Part shown: piece after piece, positions 63,501 through 64,000 of the stretch
Numbering within the stretch: position 1 is the first letter of the stretch
Layout: each line of letters starts with the position of its first letter
Source: Scyliorhinus canicula
Lineage: Eukaryota
Assembly: GCF_902713615.1 (NCBI RefSeq)
Contig: NW_024055498.1
Location: 1,454,527 to 1,518,526, forward strand
Length of the DNA stretch: 64,000 nt
Direction of reading: 5' to 3'
The notes under the pieces: generated by a model
What the model was told of the DNA's origin: nothing
What the model saw: the letters and a program-made list of their open reading frames with translations, nothing else
Databases searched by the model: none
Made by a program: the position numbers and the translations under genes

Positions 63501-64000
63501 GAGGCAGGAAAAGAATCCTCACCATGAAACAACTTTCCAATGGATAGAGTGTAATACAAGAGTAAATTCATCGTTTTGAACAAAACAGAGATTTCCATTA
63601 ACTTTTGGAAATTGCAGTGCAGCGATGTTCACATGTAGACCTGTCCCTCAAGCCCAGTTCATTACTGGGACGGTGGTAAAATATTAAACTCAATATTACC
63701 CACATGATAGCAGAGCAAATACACATTTCATAGAACTACTTATAGGTATTAACAAGAATTAATATAATCTCCAAATCAACAATGATTGTACTCGTACAAA
63801 CAAGAAAATATATAATATAATTTATAATATCGAGACAGGCAACAGGAACATCGTTCGGTGTAATATAAACAGAGACTGGTGTGCTATTTTTAGAATAACT
63901 GATATTTTATATGGAGCCAGTGGAATTCCCATTCATCCTGTCACAATAAGACCCAAGACTAGTAAAATACCAGCCTCTGAAAATTAAATTGACCCATGTA

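Noticed and set aside
38500-64000. Further V, D, J or C segments in the right part of the window
   Set aside because: A manual search for YxC-plus-RSS, FGXG and C1-set motifs found none. Very decayed remnants could have been missed.
1-64000. CRISPR arrays, rRNA or true tRNA genes, prokaryotic systems
   Set aside because: The DNA is vertebrate. The tandem repeats lack unique spacers, and the tRNA-like A/B boxes belong to SINE heads.

Overview
Non-bacterial, intron-containing, repeat-rich DNA from a cartilaginous fish (shark-type HE1/V-SINEs, CR1 LINEs, shark IgM sequence). It is part of an antigen-receptor locus. The left 38.5 kb is a T-cell receptor alpha/delta-type V-segment array in mixed orientation. 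It holds five apparently intact leader+V genes with 23-type RSSs, one open V lacking Cys23/Trp41, and at least seven V pseudogenes or fragments. It is joined to the 3' end of an immunoglobulin mu constant gene: an orphan Cmu4/secretory-tail exon at 3461-3852 and the TM1 exon at 1-112, both on the minus strand. No Cmu1-3, JH or DH could be found. A head-to-tail duplication (about 3061-17569 and 17568-30241) copied the orphan Cmu4 exon together with two V genes. The paralogous Vs differ mainly in their CDRs, and each copy then gained its own retroelement insertions, with target-site duplications and empty sites in the other copy. Other notable signals are CTCF-type motifs 22 bp behind three V RSSs, a Penelope-like fragment inserted in frame into a V leader, and a 393-bp perfect inverted repeat carrying minimal hammerhead-ribozyme motifs. 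From about 38.5 kb to 64 kb I found no V segments, only LINEs, SINEs, satellites and a second small segmental duplication. The species and the alpha versus delta usage of each V cannot be determined from the window. All translations, splice sites and spacer counts were read by eye.
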